From Nemertoderma westbladi (lineage: Eukaryota; Animalia; Xenacoelomorpha), in NCBI GenBank assembly GCA_032718475.1, contig JAUCBJ010007669.1, positions 1 to 40,372 of the forward strand: a stretch of DNA of 40,372 nucleotides, written 5' to 3'. This document shows positions 35,301 to 40,372 of this stretch, piece after piece. Positions within the stretch are counted from its first letter, which is position 1; each line of letters opens with the position of its first letter. The position numbers and the translations under genes are program-made. The notes under the pieces were generated by a model that did not search any database, was not told the DNA's origin, and was given only the letters and a program-made list of their open reading frames with translations.

Positions 35301-38300
35301 CAATGGATCAAAAATTGAGCTAGTTATCAAAAGTATTTTTCTTTTAGTGAAATGGGAACTGTCTTTACTCGATGCGACAGTTGTGAATGAAATAACATCT
35401 TCATTCGCATCCCACTGAACACCAAGAGCACGTTGCGTGGGGAGTCCATCGCAATCTAAATTAACAATGGATCGTGTGAGTTCGGTAGAAGGTATCGAAG
35501 TAAGAACTTCACGTGAATTACTCACGAATTTAGTAAGGCGAAATCCCCTGTTGTTCAGCATAGCAATAAGTTGGCTTAACAATTTAATTGCTACGGTGGT
35601 CGAAGTCACAGACGTCAGTAAATCATCCGAATAAAAGTCTCGTATAACCGTAGCTACAGTTAGTGCATCAAATGAAGAAGCTTGATCGGTAGCAGCACGT
35701 CGCAATCCCGTGATTGCACATGTTTGAGAGGAAACAGCGCCAAAGATATGGCGAGTCATCTCATAAACATTTGGCGGGTCGACTCTATTGTCTCCTCGCC
35801 ATAGAAACCGCAAAGCGGGTCGGTCACTCTCTTGAACGCCCACTTGGTGATACATAGCCTCTATATCACCAATAATAGCAACTAAATGTTGACGAAATCT
35901 CAACAAAATTCCGATAAGGCTATTCAATAAGTCAGGTCCGGTCAATAACTGATCATTTAACGATGTGCCACTGTACTTTGCAGCGGCATCGAAAACTACT
36001 CTAAGTTTTCCAGGCTTGTTTGATTGGGTTACCCCATGGTGGGGTAAATACCAAGTTACTTTAGATGGAATCAGTGACTCCTCTTTTGTTAGCTTACGGG
36101 CAAACCCTTTGGATTCGTATCCATCTATTATTTCAGTATAGCGTTTAGCTAAATCATGGTCTTTGTCTAATTTCTTCTCAAGGGATAAAAGTCTATGAGT
36201 AGCCATGGGGGTGTTGTCTGGAAGACGTGGTGCATCACGTCTCCAGGGCAACCCCATCTCATAACGACCATCAACGAACTTGATCGTTCGTTCAATGATT
36301 TGTAAGGCTCTTGTGTCTTCGACTGATCGAGAAGCACAAGAATCATGAGTAGTACCAAATGCATCAGTACGCCAAAACATCTCGAGACGTTTGTCAAGTC
36401 TATCTGTTTCAGAAACAGTGGTCGTATAAACAACCAATTCGTCATTTTTAGACGTGGTAGTTTGAGATCTTCCTAAAAGATACCAGCCCAGTGCCGAACA
36501 GTGCGCTTGGGGTTGTCCTGATGCACCCACATGTCTTTCAGCAGTATTCAGAGCATCAGGTACATTGGCCCCAATAACTACTGCTACATCTGGTAGTTCA
36601 TTGCAGGATAAATCAAGGCCCTGCAAATATTCAAATTGACTATCATTGCTATCAAAGGCGAATGATCGGGATGGTGCATTCATTGAAGGAAGCACGTATG
36701 CTTCATCAACATAGAAAATTGTGTTATATGGATGATGCCCTGATATGGAAAAGTAAACACGCTTTCGTTTTTGGTCTCCACTTTTTCCAATCAGGCCGTT
36801 TAATTTTATACATTTAATTTCCCCATCTAAATTGAGTGCATCAGCGATATCCTTACGTATGAAGGAGGTCTCACTGCATGCAACAAGAAGGGCATGAGTA
36901 TTAAGAGTTTCACCGTTGGGAGAAATAATCTTAATAGGCACAGTAGGTAAAAACACAGATGTTTCGTTATTTGTTGTAGTATTACAACTTACGTGCTTGG
37001 AATCTTGCCTGTGTGATTTAAAATAGTCATGCAATAGCGTGTGGTGTCGCTGATTGCAGTTAGACACATGACAAGAATGAATTGATGAACATTTAGATGC
37101 GTGATGATTCTGTTTGAGACAGTTGGTGCAAAGAGCATTGTCTAACGCTACTTTCCCCTTATTATCGGGTGTCATGCCAATAAATTTTGAACACCTATAT
37201 ATTAAATGGGATCCATTGCAAACCAAACATATATCACTAATATGTCCTGATGTTTCATTGGGTAAGCCTTTTGATACCGTTGGTTTGAACTGAGATATGT
37301 AATTTTGCCGTGAATCTGGCTTTGTTGTTTTATTAGATTCAGTAATAACTGAAGAAGCGTAATTTGATATTAACGGCGCTGGCTGTCTGAATGGAACCGA
37401 TTTTTGAACAACATTGCGGGGGTATTTAGATTCGGTTTAGATTTGGCATTAGATGCTGAACTCCAATCCTCTATTGGCATAACTGAAGGTTCAAAAGTAA
37501 CCTTTACTCTTTGCCTCAGCCATTCTTCAAAATGTACCAAGGTCGGTTCTTCCCTTGGTCTGATACGCTGACAAGTTTCGCACCAACGTTCTCTTAAACG
37601 AAAAGGGAGTCTATTATATGCACCGCGTAATATATCCGCGTAATATAAACACTCTCTAAACGTCCCATACGTTTTAAGGTATGCACCCCTACGGTAACGG
37701 ATATTGAAAATGTTCTTAGAGCTGACTTATTGTCAGCAGGAACCATTGAGCCGGATGTTATTGAGGAGGTGAAGGCCCTCACGATTAGGCTAGGGTGTGC
37801 AAACTGCTCTTTGAGCATTTGCAGTGCAACCGCATATGCCTTCCCATCGGAACCTAAACCTTTTACCACCTCTCTAGCATCAGCACTCAAGTGGTTCAAT
37901 AGTTGTGCCATGCGCCGGTTATCATCATTATAAATTTTATTATGCACATGTGTGTAAAAATTACTTATAAAGTCCGGCCATTTTAAAGGATTTCCATCAA
38001 ATTTAATAATGGCAATGGGAGGTATTCCTCGATCCTCTTCCAATCGCAATAGCGACCTCTCTAATGAAGCATTAGGGGTGATTGTATGTAGAAATGTTTC
38101 TTCGTAAGGGATTAGTCTATCCACCCAGGCATCCACAGGCTCCTGGGGTGTATGAAATTGCTTGTTAACGAAACCAGGAAAATCGCTTATTTCATCTTTG
38201 TTCTCACTAGGAAACATAATCGGCGCGGGTTTGGGTATAAATACTGGCCGAGTAGGATCCAAAACAGGTTGATTGAATGTGGAAAGTTTAGGCCTATTAA

Positions 38301-39754
38301 CGTTAGATGCACTCACCAAAAGCGGATTTGTGGATGTGTCCATATGGGGTGCATTATAATTCATAAGTGGTGATATTTCAGCACCCGCTGTATTTTTTCG
38401 CATTACGGTATTGGCATGGCAATAACTAACCGATGTTGAAGTCGATGTGACAAGTTGATTTGGAAGAATTGAAGTCGGGTGTTGATTTAACTCGGGTTCT
38501 TGTATGGGTTCCTGTTGCAGGAGTACATTACCAGGTTCAGTTGATCCACGGGAAACCGGGTGGTCGGTAGAATGTACGGAGACTTCATCATCAAAGTCAT
38601 GAAGTCTTGTTTCGAGATTTTCATCACCCTCTTCGACGTCTTCTATTAGTAGCTTTGCCTCCAGGGCTTTCATTGCGGCTTCCTGGTCGGCTTCCAGAGT
38701 CTCAGCATTGGCCTCTACCGTCGCCTTTTCAACTCGCAGTTGGGCTCTCGCTCGAGCCTGATCCGCTGCTAGCTGGGAAAGACGTGCACTTCGTGCAGCA
38801 TGTCTTGCACGTGACGTGATCGTGCATGACGAAGCCGAGTGGGTTTGATGACTCGTTTGTGTTATGTGGCTTCCTAGGGCAGAAATTCCACGAGTAATGG
38901 GAGAATCCAGGGGTAACGATGCAGGTACGAGTTTCGGAGTAGGATCCTGTCCCGTTGAGATCCGTCTTTGAGAGGTTCGTCGCAGGGCAACTCGCCGGCT
39001 GATACCGCCAGGTTCACTCATCTTGAAAGGGTGTTTCAGTAATTATTTGGGAACAAATCCCACAGAGTCATCGTAGTTAGTGGGTTGATGTATCCGGTTC
39101 GAAGGACCAATAAATGTGTTGACGCCTCGGTCTAAGTTTGTAAATGTTTTTGGGTTCGTAATATGATGACGGATATTAAGAAATATAAAATGAATGAGTT
39201 GATGATAATAAGACATAGTTTAATATTTTATAATAATAATTGACGATCGCACTCTCATTACACTCCTAATGTATATCATAATGCTACCTAATTGATAATA
39301 ATATCCTATAAAAAAGCTACGATATTTTATACTACTATATTTTATTATAATATGTTTCATGTGCCTATCACAGAAAGTTATATCCAATAGGATTTCATAC
39401 ACTGGGTGAAAAGTAAGGAACAGAAAATGATTGAGGATTCACATCAAACTTATAACTCTCAATAACTACAGTAAGAAACTGGCTAAATTAATCGTGCATA
39501 GAGATAATGATTCCTGTCCTAAGGTAGACTAAAAATGTTGTACAGTAAGCAGCATTACAAATGACAGGTCGTGATTGACATATTATTCATGCTGAGTCTA
39601 CATGTGCTTCATGTTTACATATCGAATAATAATAAATAAAAAACGCATCTGAAATAACATGTGCCAAGGGGCAATTCATGCATGTCTTCTAATCTCGGGA
39701 AAATATGTCAAATAATTTTGGTGTTACATGGTCACAAACGTTCTACCGTTAACA
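32385..39754 (-). mobile_element. Full-length BEL/Pao LTR retrotransposon with frameshifted gag-pol
   Basis: 644-bp terminal repeats at 32385-33028 and 39111-39754, identical by eye; TSD cagat(t) at 32380 and 39755; PBS TGGTCCTTCGAACCGGAT at 39092-39109; PPT GAGGGGTGGCTA. Confidence 0.97.
33041..39021 (-). pseudogene. BEL/Pao gag-pol in three main ORF pieces (37594-39021, 35043-37226, 33041-35116)
   Basis: Gag FDGNPLKW and CCHC knuckles; RT YLPHHGV, KLRVVFDAAA, FYSDD; RNase H FCDAS; integrase GLDYLGP, SDNGTNF, GGSWERLV. Frame breaks near 37620, 37420 and 35065. Confidence 0.93.
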
Positions 39755-39974
39755 CAGATTTCAATCTAAATTACATCGCATTTATACCTTAAAGCAAAAT
39801 AAATTTGCACTCAGTAGCTTTGATGATAAACTTTATTGGGTTAATAAAAATCAATCACTTCCTTGGGGGCACTATAAAACAAACCTCAAAAAACATATAA
39901 AAATATCAAATATACCAATTTATGAAGAACCAAAAGACGATAGTGTTGATGATGAATTATCAAATAGTAAATAA
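39755..39974 (+). pseudogene. C-terminal segment of the pPolB beyond the BEL insertion
   Basis: RFQSKLHRIYTLKQNKFALSSFDDKLYWVNKNQSLPWGHYK matches the typical Polinton pPolB ending (H.IYT..QNK.ALS.FDDK...LPWGHY). Stop codon at 39972-39974. Confidence 0.9.
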
Positions 39975-40372
39975 AAATATAAGTTGTAAGCAGATCATTT
40001 ATGGACTTAATTTAAAAGAATTAAAAAATCAATTGACTGGTAAAATTGTACTCAAACCTAATCAGTTTAAATATAAGGTATTTGGTGCAACCATATTAAT
40101 GTTTACAAATGGACGAATAACAATTCTCGGTAGAAAATATAATTTTAATAAAGTGAAAAAGCATATATTCGAAAAAACAAACATTAATTTGATTTTTAAA
40201 TCAATCAATTTGTGTACTTATATTTTTAGTATCGATACCGTAATTTATAGGTTACTTATAAACAATATCGGGTTTTATGTTATATTTGATAATGTTAAAC
40301 TAGAAATTTCATACGAGCCCGAAATATTCAATAACTGTAAAGTCAGAATAAATAATATTGTTGTTGTTTGCT
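39949..40372 (+). CDS. TATA-binding protein (TBP)-like ORF, open to the window end
   Basis: Manual translation gives 141 stop-free codons: MMNYQIVNKNISC...LNLKEL...ATILMFTNGRITILG...FKSINL...SYEPEIFNN.... These match TBP repeat motifs (TALIFSSGKMVCTG, SYEPELF). The ORF overlaps the pPolB end by 26 nt. Confidence 0.82.
   Translation, partial: MMNYQIVNKNISCKQIIYGLNLKELKNQLTGKIVLKPNQFKYKVFGATILMFTNGRITILGRKYNFNKVKKHIFEKTNINLIFKSINLCTYIFSIDTVIYRLLINNIGFYVIFDNVKLEISYEPEIFNNCKVRINNIVVVC

Larger units (their letters stand above)
22416..40372 (+). mobile_element. Polinton/Maverick-like endogenous virus-like element (left part; continues past the window), interrupted by two LTR retrotransposons
   Basis: Starts AGTAGTAGG exactly where a host repeat arm breaks off; carries AT-rich, intronless, co-oriented ORFs including a pPolB. 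The right end, integrase and capsid genes are not in the window. Confidence 0.75.

Noticed and set aside
24601-39402. Duplicated short ORFs (24601/29831 and 32494/39220) and many antisense ORFs over pol genes
   Set aside because: By-products of identical LTRs and shadow frames, with no recognisable domains.

Overview
AT-rich eukaryotic (probably invertebrate animal) genomic DNA, mostly nested mobile elements. Two host genes are supported: an intronless UNC-119 homolog (249-875) and a two-exon gene for a small secreted, probably GPI-anchored protein (17383-18073, minus) that the ORF track does not assemble. The left half holds a truncated CRE-like non-LTR retrotransposon relic with Ulp1 protease and PHD finger domains, a decayed Gypsy element, Mutator-like elements with 9-bp TSDs, a non-autonomous Helitron, and two convergent minimal hammerhead ribozymes. 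The main finding runs from 22416 to the window end: a Polinton/Maverick-like endogenous virus-like element starting with AGTAGT. It is split by two young LTR retrotransposons, an intact Gypsy (24561-30091) and a BEL/Pao element (32385-39754). Removing these in silico gives a compact co-oriented cassette: a PC4/Sub1-like protein, a protein-primed family B DNA polymerase with an EndoVII-like motif, and an overlapping TBP-like ORF absent from the ORF track. All homology calls are motif recognition by eye, not database searches.
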